Source: Myxococcota bacterium
Lineage (GTDB): Bacteria > Myxococcota_A > UBA796 > UBA2385
DNA: 64,000 bases
Direction: 5' to 3'
Assembly (NCBI GenBank): GCA_044344255.1
Contig: JBIJDH010000018.1
Location: 1-64,000, forward strand
The notes beneath the pieces were generated by a model. The model was not told the DNA's origin and did not search any database. It saw only the letters and a list, made by a program, of their open reading frames with translations. Both the position numbers and the translations under genes were made by a program. How positions within the stretch are numbered: the stretch's first letter is position 1; every line of letters begins with the position of its first letter. Shown in pieces: positions 19,044 through 28,601 of the stretch.

Positions 19044-19874
19044 TCAGGGAGCCTCGGCCGGGACAAAGGTGGGCGTCACGAAGGTGCCAAGGTCTTCCGC
19101 GACGGACTCCTCCGGAGTGCTGGCGTTGTAGCGCCACTCTGCCTTTCCCTTGAAGCCCTCGGTGACGTCGCGGATCTCCCCGGCGATGACGAGGGTGGTC
19201 GTCGCGTAGTTCTCTTCGGCGATGGTCTCGGGCCGCGCAGTGCCACCGACGTCCGCGACGAGGGGAACGATCTGGAACCGCATGTCGGCGGTGCTGTAGG
19301 CCGTGAACTGGGCGCTGGTTTCCTGGTTCAGCTTGCCGTCCGCGGTCGTGAAGCTGGGGAGGGTGCTCCAGGTGTAGGCCGGGGGACACACGCCGACCGG
19401 GCCGCCCTCCTCTTCGGGGATGAACTCGTAGGTCACGTACTTCGCGTTGCCGACGCCGAAGGAGAACTCCACGGTGAGATCGGAGGTGGTGGTGTCGGCG
19501 TAGGTCATGGTGCCGGTCCAGACGCCGGCAATGGCGCCCGCCGTAGCGGAGACGGAGAACTCCATGTCGCCCACGGGCGTCACGAGATCGGTGATCGCGG
19601 TGGTGGTGTCGGGCTCACAGCGGCCAACGGGGGGCGGGACCTCGCCGGTGTCGTCGGCGTCGGCGTCGGCGTCGGTGTCGGCGTCGGTGTCGGCGTCGGT
19701 GTCGGCGTCGGTGTCGGCGTCGGTGTCGGCGTCGGTGTCGGCGTCGGTGTCCGCGTCTGCCTCGCCGCCGTCATCGCCGCTGCCCTCGGACTTGTCGCCG
19801 CAGGCGCCGAAGGAGAGCATGAGGCCGCCGGCCAGCAGCGGGAAGATCCAGGTGTTTCGTCGGATGGGATACAT
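19044..19874 (-). CDS. Hypothetical lipoprotein with (DTDA)n linker
   Basis: Lipobox FGAC; DADTDADT repeat; beta-rich C-terminal domain. Confidence 0.7.
   Translation of the reverse strand: MYPIRRNTWIFPLLAGGLMLSFGACGDKSEGSGDDGGEADADTDADTDADTDADTDADTDADTDADTDADADADDTGEVPPPVGRCEPDTTTAITDLVTPVGDMEFSVSATAGAIAGVWTGTMTYADTTTSDLTVEFSFGVGNAKYVTYEFIPEEEGGPVGVCPPAYTWSTLPSFTTADGKLNQETSAQFTAYSTADMRFQIVPLVADVGGTARPETIAEENYATTTLVIAGEIRDVTEGFKGKAEWRYNASTPEESVAEDLGTFVTPTFVPAEAP
19653..19757. repeat. 12-bp coding tandem repeat (GTCGGTGTCGGC)n
   Basis: Directly visible; encodes the Asp-Thr-Asp-Ala linker. Confidence 0.9.
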
Positions 19875-20162
19875 TCGTCTACCTCCAAAGTCGGGCCAGG
19901 GTAGCCTGCGGTGTCCGCGTTGCCCACCGCTACTCGCGCCCCGCGGAGCTTCGTGCTGTACTCACCCGGAGTCCGCCTTTCGAGAGACCTTCCTTGTTGA
20001 GCCGCCGCGAACACGCGGGTTAAGCAGGCCCCTCAGGCCTTGCCCTGACGGCGAATTGGCATCCTTTGACGTTCAATTGGCGCTTCGGCGCGCGCCAGCC
20101 CACCGGCGGTCGTCGGCCCGATTAGGGGGCGCGGCCGTGCGCGGGCCCACCCAGGAGCGCCC

Positions 20163-21035
20163 ATGAACCTCGCCGCCTTCGCCAACCCCTGGGAGCACGC
20201 CCGCCTGCTCTCCGACAGCGCGCGGAACGCCCAGATGATCGCCCTCCTCGAGCGGCACGCCGCGGGGGCCCGGGTGATGGAGATCGGCTGCGGGACGGGG
20301 CTGCTGTCCTGCATCGCCGCGCGCCTCGGGGCCCGCGAGGTCTGGGCGGTCGAGCCCACGAGCATCGCGCGTGTCGCCCGTGAGGTGGTGCGGGCCAACG
20401 GCCTCGAGGGCGTGGTGCACGTCCTGGACGGTCGTGTAGAAGACCTGAGCCCGCGCCCGGTCGAGCTCGCCTTCTCCGAGCTCCTCAACGCCGACCCCTT
20501 CGCCGAGGGCGTCCTGGAGGCGATGGAGGCCGCCCGGCCCTGGGTGGTGCCGGGGGGACGCCTCGCGCCGAGCCGGCTCCGCGTCTTTGGCGCGCTGGCG
20601 CGGGTGAACGGCCCCGCGCGGGAGGTCTCGATGGCGATGACCGAGCTCGCCCGGGCGGCCCGCAGCTATCACCTCGACCTCGGGCCGATCTACGAGGGGC
20701 TGGCGACCGCGGGCGCCTACCGCTACCTCGGGCAGTTCTCCGAGGCCCCCGGCGCGCCGACGCTGCTCTGGGACCTCGAGCTCGGCGTGGCCCGGGAGGC
20801 GGCCCCCGTCGTCGTCGAGATGATCGCCGAAGAGGCGGGCCCGATCGGCGGGGTCGTGCTCTGGTTCGACGCCACGCTCGATCCCGATCTCCCGATGACC
20901 AACGCCCCCGGCGCGGGAGGACATTGGGGGCAGCTCGTGTCGGCCTGGCCCTTCGAGCGTGGCATGCGGGCGGGGGAGCGGATCCAGCTCCGCGCCTGGG
21001 TGGGCCCGAACGGCGTACAGGTGCTCCCCGACTGA
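20163..21035 (+). CDS. Protein-arginine-methyltransferase (PRMT)-like SAM-dependent methyltransferase
   Basis: EHARLLSDSARN helix, VMEIGCGTGLLS motif I, VWAVE post-I, SELLNADPFAE double-E loop, WFD, GHWGQ (THW-like loop). Confidence 0.7.
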   Translation: MNLAAFANPWEHARLLSDSARNAQMIALLERHAAGARVMEIGCGTGLLSCIAARLGAREVWAVEPTSIARVAREVVRANGLEGVVHVLDGRVEDLSPRPVELAFSELLNADPFAEGVLEAMEAARPWVVPGGRLAPSRLRVFGALARVNGPAREVSMAMTELARAARSYHLDLGPIYEGLATAGAYRYLGQFSEAPGAPTLLWDLELGVAREAAPVVVEMIAEEAGPIGGVVLWFDATLDPDLPMTNAPGAGGHWGQLVSAWPFERGMRAGERIQLRAWVGPNGVQVLPD

Positions 21036-21075
21036 GGTCGGCCCCGAAGCGGGCGGGGGCCAAGGCCCTGGGCGG

Positions 21076-22140
21076 TCACTCCGCCCGTTCTGGCGCCGCG
21101 CCGAGGAGGCGAGCGCGCCTCTGCAGCTCGGCGGCGACGGCCTCGGCGGTGGACGCGGTGAAGAGGACCTCCGGCCAGAGCCACAGCTCGAAGGGGGAGA
21201 GGAGGTCGGGCCGGCCCTTGGGGAAGGTGCGGGCCCGCTTGGCGCGGAGCACGGTGTAGCTGCCGGTGACGATGTCGTGCGTCACGAGCAGGAGGGTCCC
21301 GCTGCGGAACCCGGGCAGGCACTCGACCACCAGGGGCTGATCGATCGCCGCCGGGAGCTCCTCTTGCCACGCCGGGGCCTCGAACATCGGGTAGCTGCGG
21401 AGCGTGTTCGGGTAGCCGGCGGCCTCGAGGGCCGCGCTCACCGCTTCGAGGGCCTGCTCGAGCGCGAGGTGTGGCAGCCGGGTGCCGGCCAGCTCGGGGA
21501 GGGGGCGCCACGCCTGGGTCCAGGGGTCGAGGAACTCCATCGCCCCGAGCCGGAGCTTGTAGTCCATCGAGGGATCGCCCGGCAGCACATAGCCCGGGTA
21601 GTGGAAGGCGAGGCCCTCGCGCGCCGCGTGGTCGACCTCCAGCAGCATCGTGGTGAAGCCGAGGCTGTCGCGGTGAAAGGCCGGCTCATAAATACCCAGC
21701 AGGCTCTGGACGCTGTCGCGGCCGCGGTCAAACCAGGAGAGCGCGACGAGCTCATCGACGTCCCAGAGGCTGATCTCGTGGGTGTCGAACAGGCCGCGAT
21801 CGGCGTGGTGGGACAGGAAGTCCGACAGGGAGGCCGAGCGCTCCCCCTCGGCGATGGTGAGGTACCGCTGATAGAGCGCCTCTCGCGCGGCGTCGATCAG
21901 GAGCGGCCGGTGCTCGATCCGGTATCGACGGCGGTTCTGAGAGAGGAGGCGCCGCGCGCTCGAGCTGAAGCGGTGGCCGGCGAGGGGCAGGCGCGTCCAG
22001 ATGGTCGAGCGCAGGCCCCGTGAGGAGTGGATGAGGCGACAGGTCATCAAGGACTGACCGATTCGAAACCACCCCTCGGCGAGGTAGAGGTCGAGCTCTT
22101 CGGGGGAGAGCTGGTCGGGGCGTGTCACTCGAATGTGCAT
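21076..22140 (-). CDS. Arginyl-tRNA-protein transferase (ATE/Bpt) family protein with C-terminal extension
   Basis: ELDLYLAEGWFR, EALYQRY, LVALSWFD, SLGFTTMLLE, YPGY, MDYK. Confidence 0.75.
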   Translation of the reverse strand: MHIRVTRPDQLSPEELDLYLAEGWFRIGQSLMTCRLIHSSRGLRSTIWTRLPLAGHRFSSSARRLLSQNRRRYRIEHRPLLIDAAREALYQRYLTIAEGERSASLSDFLSHHADRGLFDTHEISLWDVDELVALSWFDRGRDSVQSLLGIYEPAFHRDSLGFTTMLLEVDHAAREGLAFHYPGYVLPGDPSMDYKLRLGAMEFLDPWTQAWRPLPELAGTRLPHLALEQALEAVSAALEAAGYPNTLRSYPMFEAPAWQEELPAAIDQPLVVECLPGFRSGTLLLVTHDIVTGSYTVLRAKRARTFPKGRPDLLSPFELWLWPEVLFTASTAEAVAAELQRRARLLGAAPERAE

Positions 22141-22150
22141 CAACGACCCT

Positions 22151-22390
22151 CTACTCTCCCTCGTTCGGGAAAGCGAAGAGGGCGCCCTCATCGCCGTGGG
22201 CCGGGCCGTTCCAGCTGCTCGCGCCGAGGAGCAGGCCCTTGTGGCCATCCCCGGTGAGGCTCCCGGCGGGGACGGGCCCGTTGAACAGACAGCCGCCGCC
22301 GAAGGCGAGGTCGGCCACGCCGTCTCCGCTCAAGCCCCCGGGAGCGCCGAGGTCGAGGCCGAGCGGGAGACGAGGGCTGTGCGTGCGCAT
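22151..22390 (-). pseudogene. Degenerate FG-GAP/integrin-alpha repeat fragment
   Basis: GLSGDGVADLAFGG, LTGDGHKGLLLGA, GALFAF; short and without a signal peptide. Confidence 0.45.
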
Positions 22391-22442
22391 GACGTCGGGC
22401 TCCGGTGCTCCTCGGCTGTAACACCGGGGCCGCGCCGACCCG

Positions 22443-23183
22443 TCACCGAATGGTGAGGCCGCCGTCCGCCGCGAGCACCTGACCGGTGACGTAGCTCGCG
22501 TCGTCGCTCGCGAGGAAGACGAAGACGGGCGCCACCTCGGCGGGCTCTGCCCAGCGGCCGAGCGGGATCCGCTCGAGGTAACGGTCCTTGAAGCGGGGGT
22601 CTGTGCGGATCGTCTCGGTCATCGGCGTCGCTGCCGCGGGGGCGATGGCGTTGACCGTGATGGCGTGGCGCCCGAGCTCCTTGGCCGCCGACTGGGTGAG
22701 GCCCACGATCGCCGCCTTCGCCGCGGAGTAGTTCGCCTGCCCCACGGTGCCCTGCAGCCCCGCGGTGCTGGTGACGTTGATGATGCGGCCGTACCGCCGC
22801 GTGATCATCCCGGCGGAGGCGGCTTGCAGGAAGTGGAAGCTGCCGTCGAGGTGTACCCGGAGCACCGCGTGCCACTGATCGAGCGTCATCTTGTGGAGCA
22901 TCGCCGGGCGGGTGATCCCGGCGTTGTTCACCAGGATGTCGAGCCGGCCGAAGCGCGCCTCGACCTCGGCGACCGTCGCGTCTACCGCGGGTCGATCGCC
23001 CACGTCGCAGGCCACGGCCATCGCGGCGCCGCCGAGGGAGTCAGCGACCGCGCGGGCGCGGTCGAGCTGCAGGTCGACCACGGCGACGCGGGCGCCTGCG
23101 GCGACGAAGGCGCGGGCCACGGCCTCGCCGATCCCCTGGCCCGCCCCGGTGACGAGGGCGACACGATCTTCGAGCCTCCTCAT
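22443..23183 (-). CDS. SDR oxidoreductase (FabG-like 3-oxoacyl/3-hydroxyacyl-CoA dehydrogenase)
   Basis: TGAGQGIG, NNAGITR, YSAAK; overlaps the bcrD stop. Confidence 0.9.
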   Translation of the reverse strand: MRRLEDRVALVTGAGQGIGEAVARAFVAAGARVAVVDLQLDRARAVADSLGGAAMAVACDVGDRPAVDATVAEVEARFGRLDILVNNAGITRPAMLHKMTLDQWHAVLRVHLDGSFHFLQAASAGMITRRYGRIINVTSTAGLQGTVGQANYSAAKAAIVGLTQSAAKELGRHAITVNAIAPAAATPMTETIRTDPRFKDRYLERIPLGRWAEPAEVAPVFVFLASDDASYVTGQVLAADGGLTIR

Positions 23184-24043
23184 GGTTGAACGGCGGGCCC
23201 CAGGAGGGCGACCTCGACCCCCCGCTCACGGAGCCGCTCGTAGCGCCAGGCGCCCCAGAGCGCGGCGCCGATGGCCCCGGCGTGGATGGAGTGGGGGTGG
23301 GCCCTCACGTCGAGCTTCGGGCCGCCGTCCTTGTCGACCAGCTCCTGAAAGGCGCCCCGGAGCCCGCCATCGGCGGCGAGGCCGCCGGTCATCAGCACCA
23401 CGCCGCTCACCTTGAGGGCCCGCACGAGCTTGGCGAAACGGCCGGCCATCGAGAGGTGGATGCCGCGGAGGATGTCTGGGGTGGAGATGCCGCGGCTGAC
23501 CATGTTGATCACGTCGGTCTCGGCGAGCACCGCGCAGATCGACGAGACCTTCTCGGGGTTGGCCGACGAGAGGGACAGCTCTCCCACCTCGTCGATCGAC
23601 ACGCCGAGGTAGCGGGCGATGTTCTCCAAAAATTGCCCGGAGCCGGAGGCACATTGGCTGGTCATCCGGTACGAGAGCACCTTCGCCCGACCGTCCATGG
23701 CCACGGCGCGGGCGTGCAGCGCCCCGGCGTCGACCACGGCCACGGCGGCGGGATCGAGGAAGATGCCGCCGCGCGCGTGCGCGGTCATGCCGTAGAAGTG
23801 CCCGGTGGCGAAGGGGAGATCCTCGCCTTCGCCGGTGGTGGCGACGTAGTCCACCTCTGAGAGGGGGACCCCTGCCTCGGCGAGGACGCCGTGAAAGACC
23901 TCCTCGGCGACGCTGTGGACGTCTCGGCGGCGCATGCGGTCGACCCGCGCGCTGACGATGACCCCGTCGCTGCCTGCGTTGGAGCGGACGACGACGCCCT
24001 TGATGGCGCCGGTGCCGACGTCGATGCCGACGGTGGTGTTCAT
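23180..24043 (-). CDS. bcrD: Benzoyl-CoA reductase subunit D (ASKHA ATPase)
   Basis: GIDVGTG, TTGEG, MTSQCASGSGQFLENIARY, SICAVLAETDVIN. Confidence 0.9.
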   Translation of the reverse strand: MNTTVGIDVGTGAIKGVVVRSNAGSDGVIVSARVDRMRRRDVHSVAEEVFHGVLAEAGVPLSEVDYVATTGEGEDLPFATGHFYGMTAHARGGIFLDPAAVAVVDAGALHARAVAMDGRAKVLSYRMTSQCASGSGQFLENIARYLGVSIDEVGELSLSSANPEKVSSICAVLAETDVINMVSRGISTPDILRGIHLSMAGRFAKLVRALKVSGVVLMTGGLAADGGLRGAFQELVDKDGGPKLDVRAHPHSIHAGAIGAALWGAWRYERLRERGVEVALLGPAVQP

Positions 24044-25344
24044 GCGGTCGCCTCGGCCTCCGGCGCGGGGGCCGGGATCGGGTGGAGCGTCTCCGCCGAG
24101 CGCTGGGCGAACATCGCCGCCCCGAGCGCGCCGGTGTAGATGGAGTTGGGGGAGATGTTGAGGACGCGCTGGCCGTAGTTCTCCTCGACGAGGCCCATCA
24201 GCGCGTGCACCGCGGCGGAGTTGCGGGCGACGCCGCCGGTGAAGGTGAACTCGTCGTTCACGCCGCCGGAGCGCGCGAGCAGGCTCATCGCGCGGAGCAT
24301 GATCGCGCGGTGGAGCCCGGCGAGGATGTCCTCGCGTTTCTCCCCCATCCCCAGGCGGTCGCGCAGCTCCGCCCCGGCGAAGACGGTGCAGGTCGAGTTG
24401 ACGCGGGTGGGGCGCTTGGACTGGTCGGCCAGCGGGCCGAGCTCGTGCAGGCCGAGGTTCATCTCGTCGGCGATGTAGCCGAGGTACCGCCCACAGCCGG
24501 CGGCGCAGCGGTCATTCATCTGGAAGGAGGTGACGATGCCCGCGCCGTCCACCTGGATGGCCTTCGTGTCCTGGCCGCCGATGTCGAGCACCGTGCGGGT
24601 CTCGGGGAACATCGCGTGGGCGCCCAGGCCGTGACAGAGGATCTCGCTGCGGATCTGCTCGCGCGGGAAGGGCAAGCGCGCGCGTCCGTAGCCGGTGCCC
24701 ACGGAGGCGCCCATGACCAGCGGCATGTCGCGGACCCGCTGCACCGACTCCCGCACGTCGCCGCCGCCGATACGCTCGACGGCGCGGAGGATGTTGCCCT
24801 CGAAGGAGACGTCGACGTCCGCGTTCTCGACGCGGAGGATCGCCCGGTCGAAGACCGCGAGCATGGCCTCGAAGGTGACCCCCCGTCGATCTCCGCGCTC
24901 TTCGGCGAACTTCGAGAAGTCCGCCGCGGCGCGGTCCCGGAAGAAGTGACTGCCGGCCTCCTCTCTCCGAATGAAGCGGGCCTGCTCGGCCCCCTCCATC
25001 GCCGCGAGGATCTCGGTGAGCCTGTCCAGCAGGGGGCGACCGTAAGCGGCGCTGCGCCCCTTCTGGGCCTCCTCCTCGACGATCTCGCCGAGCAGCCGGA
25101 GCTGGGTGAGGTACTGCTCGAGGCGAAAGGCGGCCGGGAGTCCGGTCTGGTCGAGCGCGCCGAGCTCCCGGCCGAGCAGGGCGAAGCGGGCGTCGATGGT
25201 CGCCTCGGTGCCGGCGATCCGCGCCGCCACGGAGTAGTTCGAGCGGGAGTTGGTGATGCCGCGGCCGAGGACCTCCCCTTCGTCGTCGAGGATCACCGCC
25301 TTGGTGGTGGTGCTGCCGAGGTCGATGCCCAGATAGGCGTTCAC
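24040..25344 (-). CDS. bcrA: Benzoyl-CoA reductase subunit A (ASKHA ATPase)
   Basis: GIDLGSTTTK, ITNSRSNY, GTGYGR, DIGGQDTK, MNDRCAAGCGRYLG, CTVFAGAE. Confidence 0.9.
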   Translation of the reverse strand: MNAYLGIDLGSTTTKAVILDDEGEVLGRGITNSRSNYSVAARIAGTEATIDARFALLGRELGALDQTGLPAAFRLEQYLTQLRLLGEIVEEEAQKGRSAAYGRPLLDRLTEILAAMEGAEQARFIRREEAGSHFFRDRAAADFSKFAEERGDRRGVTFEAMLAVFDRAILRVENADVDVSFEGNILRAVERIGGGDVRESVQRVRDMPLVMGASVGTGYGRARLPFPREQIRSEILCHGLGAHAMFPETRTVLDIGGQDTKAIQVDGAGIVTSFQMNDRCAAGCGRYLGYIADEMNLGLHELGPLADQSKRPTRVNSTCTVFAGAELRDRLGMGEKREDILAGLHRAIMLRAMSLLARSGGVNDEFTFTGGVARNSAAVHALMGLVEENYGQRVLNISPNSIYTGALGAAMFAQRSAETLHPIPAPAPEAEATA

Positions 25345-26636
25345 GGCGACACCTCCATCGTTTGTGTGTGGCCGCCGGCCCGGCGGGCGTCGATCATCTG
25401 CAGATAGCTCTCGAGGCGGTTCTTGATGTTGGCGGCGGAGAAGTAGCGGGGATCGACGAGGTCGGACTCGATGAACGCCCCTGGCCTCCCCGTGCGGCGC
25501 TCCACCTCGCGCAGGATCAGGAGCTGACCGGCGGAGAAGCTGTTGCAGCTCTTCACCGAGTTGATGATGAAGCCGTCCGCGTCATACATCTCGACATACT
25601 TCACGAGCATGTCGATACGGGTGGGCACGTTTCGGTTCGTGTAACACTCGCCACAGTACTCCGCGAGGGTCTCCAGCGGGCGTGTGTAGTCGTGTCGAAA
25701 GCCGAAGTCGTAGGTGCCACCGACCTTGGTGTAGGTCGAGGCGACCACGGTGGCGCCCTCGTCATAGAACATCTTCCAGAACTCGCGGAAGCTCGTCCAG
25801 TTGGGCGGGCCCTCGGCCACGAGGCGGAAGCGCTCTCGGTTCATGTCCCCCTCGGGGGTGATCGGGCCCTTCCCCAGTCGGATGCGCTCCTCGACCTCGG
25901 CGCGGAGCAGCCGGTAGTAGTCGACGCCCGCCTGGGTGCCGCGGAAGGCGGTGAACATCGGACCGATGTAGTACACCCCCCCGAACCAGGCGTCGATCGG
26001 GCTGGGCTTCGCCTTCGCCGACTCGAAGACCGCGACGAGGTCGTCCTCGGCCTGCGCGGAGAGCTTGAGCATCTCCTGAAGGCGCTCCTGGTCGAGCTTC
26101 TTGCCAGAGAGCTCCTCGAGCGCGGGGATCAGCTTCTCCTTGAGCTGCTTCACCACGTAGGCCTTGTGGGAGTCATTGATCTTGCCGTCCCCCTGATAGG
26201 GGATGTGCAGCATCACCACCGGACACTGGTACTCTTCCCGAAGCAGCTCGAACCACTTCATGAAGGTGTAGCAGCCGGTGTAGCTCAAGAGGAGCAGATC
26301 GGGCTTGGGGAGCTTCTTTCCGGTCGGCCCGATGTTCCCCGCGCGCAGCATGCCGAGGTCGGCCTTGACGTAGGTGCAGACGTCCTCCGAGTGGCCGGCC
26401 TTCTCGGCCTCGAGGATGAAGGCCCCGGTCTTCTGGCGCATGCCGTTCTGCAGGGCGTTGATCTCGGGCAGCACCGGGAGGAGGTCAAAGGCCCGGATGA
26501 GCTCGGTGAGGTTGCCGGGGACGAAGGTGTAGACCACCTTCTTGCCGTCCTCGTGCGCGGTGGAGAGCGCGTCGAAGTAGCCGGAGATGAGCTGCTTCTG
26601 GAGCTCCTGGGATTGGTCGCGGACGACGGCGCTCAT
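25341..26636 (-). CDS. bcrB: Benzoyl-CoA reductase subunit B
   Basis: YTFVPGNL, GHSEDVCTYVK, SYTGCYTFMKWFE, KSCNSFSAGQ, ESDLVDPRY. Confidence 0.9.
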   Translation of the reverse strand: MSAVVRDQSQELQKQLISGYFDALSTAHEDGKKVVYTFVPGNLTELIRAFDLLPVLPEINALQNGMRQKTGAFILEAEKAGHSEDVCTYVKADLGMLRAGNIGPTGKKLPKPDLLLLSYTGCYTFMKWFELLREEYQCPVVMLHIPYQGDGKINDSHKAYVVKQLKEKLIPALEELSGKKLDQERLQEMLKLSAQAEDDLVAVFESAKAKPSPIDAWFGGVYYIGPMFTAFRGTQAGVDYYRLLRAEVEERIRLGKGPITPEGDMNRERFRLVAEGPPNWTSFREFWKMFYDEGATVVASTYTKVGGTYDFGFRHDYTRPLETLAEYCGECYTNRNVPTRIDMLVKYVEMYDADGFIINSVKSCNSFSAGQLLILREVERRTGRPGAFIESDLVDPRYFSAANIKNRLESYLQMIDARRAGGHTQTMEVSP

Positions 26637-27799
26637 GCGTTCCCCCAGAGCTTGATGGCGTCAGAGAAGGTGCCAGCCTGCTCACGGAACTGCTGAAACT
26701 GGCCGGTGTTCTCTGCGTACTTGAACGAGATGAAGGAGATTCCCTCCGCCGCGGCCCCCGTCTGCAACATCGGGCGGTCGAGCAGGGCAGGGTCACAGAA
26801 GCTCGGCGCGGCGAAGATGACGCCCTCCGCCCGCGCGGCGCGGAGCCGCTCGCCGACGAGCCGCCGCTTGCCGCCCGCGTCCTTCTCGTAGACGATCGGG
26901 TTGGTGACCGTGTGCGAGAGGAAGGCGTCGGCGAGGTCGCGCACCGCGTCGCCCTCTACGCGCACCTCGCGGGTGAGGAAGCGGTTGCCGACGAGGTAGT
27001 CGTCGTCCACGATGTAGCAGCCGGCCCGCTCGATGGTGCGGATGAGGCCCAGCGGCGGCTGCTCACAGAAGCTGCCGATCACGATGACCCGCGCGTTGTC
27101 GCGGGGGCGGCGCCCGTCTTTGTCACAGACCTCGAGGTAGGCCTCCGCCATCGTCATGAACTCGTCGAAGGGCACGATCTCGCCCGCGCGGAGGAGCTGA
27201 TAGAGCTCATCGGTGGGGACGTTGTGGGGCTCGTCTCGACGCTTCGCATAGAGCGCTCGAATGACCGCCCGGCGCCGGTTCCAGTCGCCGATGCCCTTCT
27301 GGAGCTCGGCCTCGGTGAGGGGGGAGCCGCGCAGCTCGCCCAGATCGTGCACGAGCTCGCGGAGCTCGTTGTTCCAGAAATCACCGCCCATCCCGACCGA
27401 GAAGTCCTGGGGGAGATCGACGTAGCGGCTGTACTTCTCGGGGTACATCACCTTCCACATGCCGGACAGGTTCCGGATCACGTCGCAGGTGCTCGGGAAG
27501 AGCGCGCCGCTCAGGAAGTCGAGCCGGCCGGTGACGGCGAGCTCCACCACGCTCCGCGGGAGGTGGCAGATGTAGGACTGGTAGTAGGCGTCTCCGCGGA
27601 TGATGTCGATCCGGTCCCCGCCGCCGTGGACGCCGACGGGCAGCATCCCCGCGGCGTGGATGAGCTCCACGGGCGCATAGACGGGGAGGAAGCCCACCGC
27701 CTTACGTCCCGGGGCCTCGGCGAGCCAGCGGCGGGCCGCCGTGAACTCCAGGTCGAGGTAGTTCGCCTCGGCCCAGGCGACGATCTCTGCTCGGTTCAT
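26633..27799 (-). CDS. bcrC: Benzoyl-CoA reductase subunit C
   Basis: GDAYYQSYIC, CDVIRNLSGMW, FCEQPP, PSFCDPALL, FKYAENTGQ; ATG 27799. Confidence 0.9.
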   Translation of the reverse strand: MNRAEIVAWAEANYLDLEFTAARRWLAEAPGRKAVGFLPVYAPVELIHAAGMLPVGVHGGGDRIDIIRGDAYYQSYICHLPRSVVELAVTGRLDFLSGALFPSTCDVIRNLSGMWKVMYPEKYSRYVDLPQDFSVGMGGDFWNNELRELVHDLGELRGSPLTEAELQKGIGDWNRRRAVIRALYAKRRDEPHNVPTDELYQLLRAGEIVPFDEFMTMAEAYLEVCDKDGRRPRDNARVIVIGSFCEQPPLGLIRTIERAGCYIVDDDYLVGNRFLTREVRVEGDAVRDLADAFLSHTVTNPIVYEKDAGGKRRLVGERLRAARAEGVIFAAPSFCDPALLDRPMLQTGAAAEGISFISFKYAENTGQFQQFREQAGTFSDAIKLWGNA

Positions 27800-27839
27800 G
27801 GGGTCCTCAGGTTCGTGGGGTCCTCCAGGGTGGGGGGCC

Positions 27840-28601
27840 TCAACGGTGTGTCCAGGTCGGGGGGCGACGGGCGATGAAGGCTTCGATGCCCTCGTTGGCG
27901 TCGTGGGTGAGGACGAGGCGCTCCAGGTAGAGCGCCTCGAGCTCGGGGAGCTCTGTGCGGAGTCGCCCGGCCATCCCGATCCGCGCGCCGGCCCAGGCGT
28001 GGCGCACCGCGACCGCGGAGAGGGGGGCGAGCTTCGCGGCGTACCAGGTGCGGGCCGCGGCGGCGGGATCGTCGGCGAGCTCATCGACGAGGCCGATCCG
28101 GGCGGCCTCGTCGGCCGCGACGCTGTCTCCGCTCAGCAGCATGGCGATGGAGCGGCCCTTGCCCACGCGCCAGTCGAGGGCGAGGCTGCCGACCGGCGCG
28201 AAGACGCCGAGCTTCACCTCCGGGCAGGCGAAGACGGCGTTCGGCGCCGCGAAGACACGGCCGCACCACGCGGAGACCTCGAGGCCGCCTCCGAGGCAGC
28301 GACCGCGCACGACGGCGGCGGTGGGGACGCCGAGGGCCTCGAGCTCGCGGAAGAAGGCGTGGAAGCCCTGGAGCATGCCCTCCACCTGCGCCCGCTGGTG
28401 CTCCTCCACGGAGGCGCCGAAGCTGAATTCGGTGCCGGCGCCCTCGAAGACCACCAGCTTGAGCTCGGGCACCCCCGCGAGGCCGCGCAGCGCCGCGCGC
28501 AGCGCCGCGGTCATCGCTGCGTCGATCACGTTGGCCCGCGGGCGGTCGAGCGTGATCCAGGCGAGGCCGCCCTCGACCGACAGGCGGACCGGGCCGCTCA
28601 C
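27840..28601 (-). CDS. dch: Cyclohexa-1,5-diene-1-carbonyl-CoA hydratase
   Basis: Crotonase fold: FSFGASVEEH, CLGGGLE, PEVKLGVFAP; operon context. Confidence 0.85.
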   Translation of the reverse strand: MSGPVRLSVEGGLAWITLDRPRANVIDAAMTAALRAALRGLAGVPELKLVVFEGAGTEFSFGASVEEHQRAQVEGMLQGFHAFFRELEALGVPTAAVVRGRCLGGGLEVSAWCGRVFAAPNAVFACPEVKLGVFAPVGSLALDWRVGKGRSIAMLLSGDSVAADEAARIGLVDELADDPAAAARTWYAAKLAPLSAVAVRHAWAGARIGMAGRLRTELPELEALYLERLVLTHDANEGIEAFIARRPPTWTHR

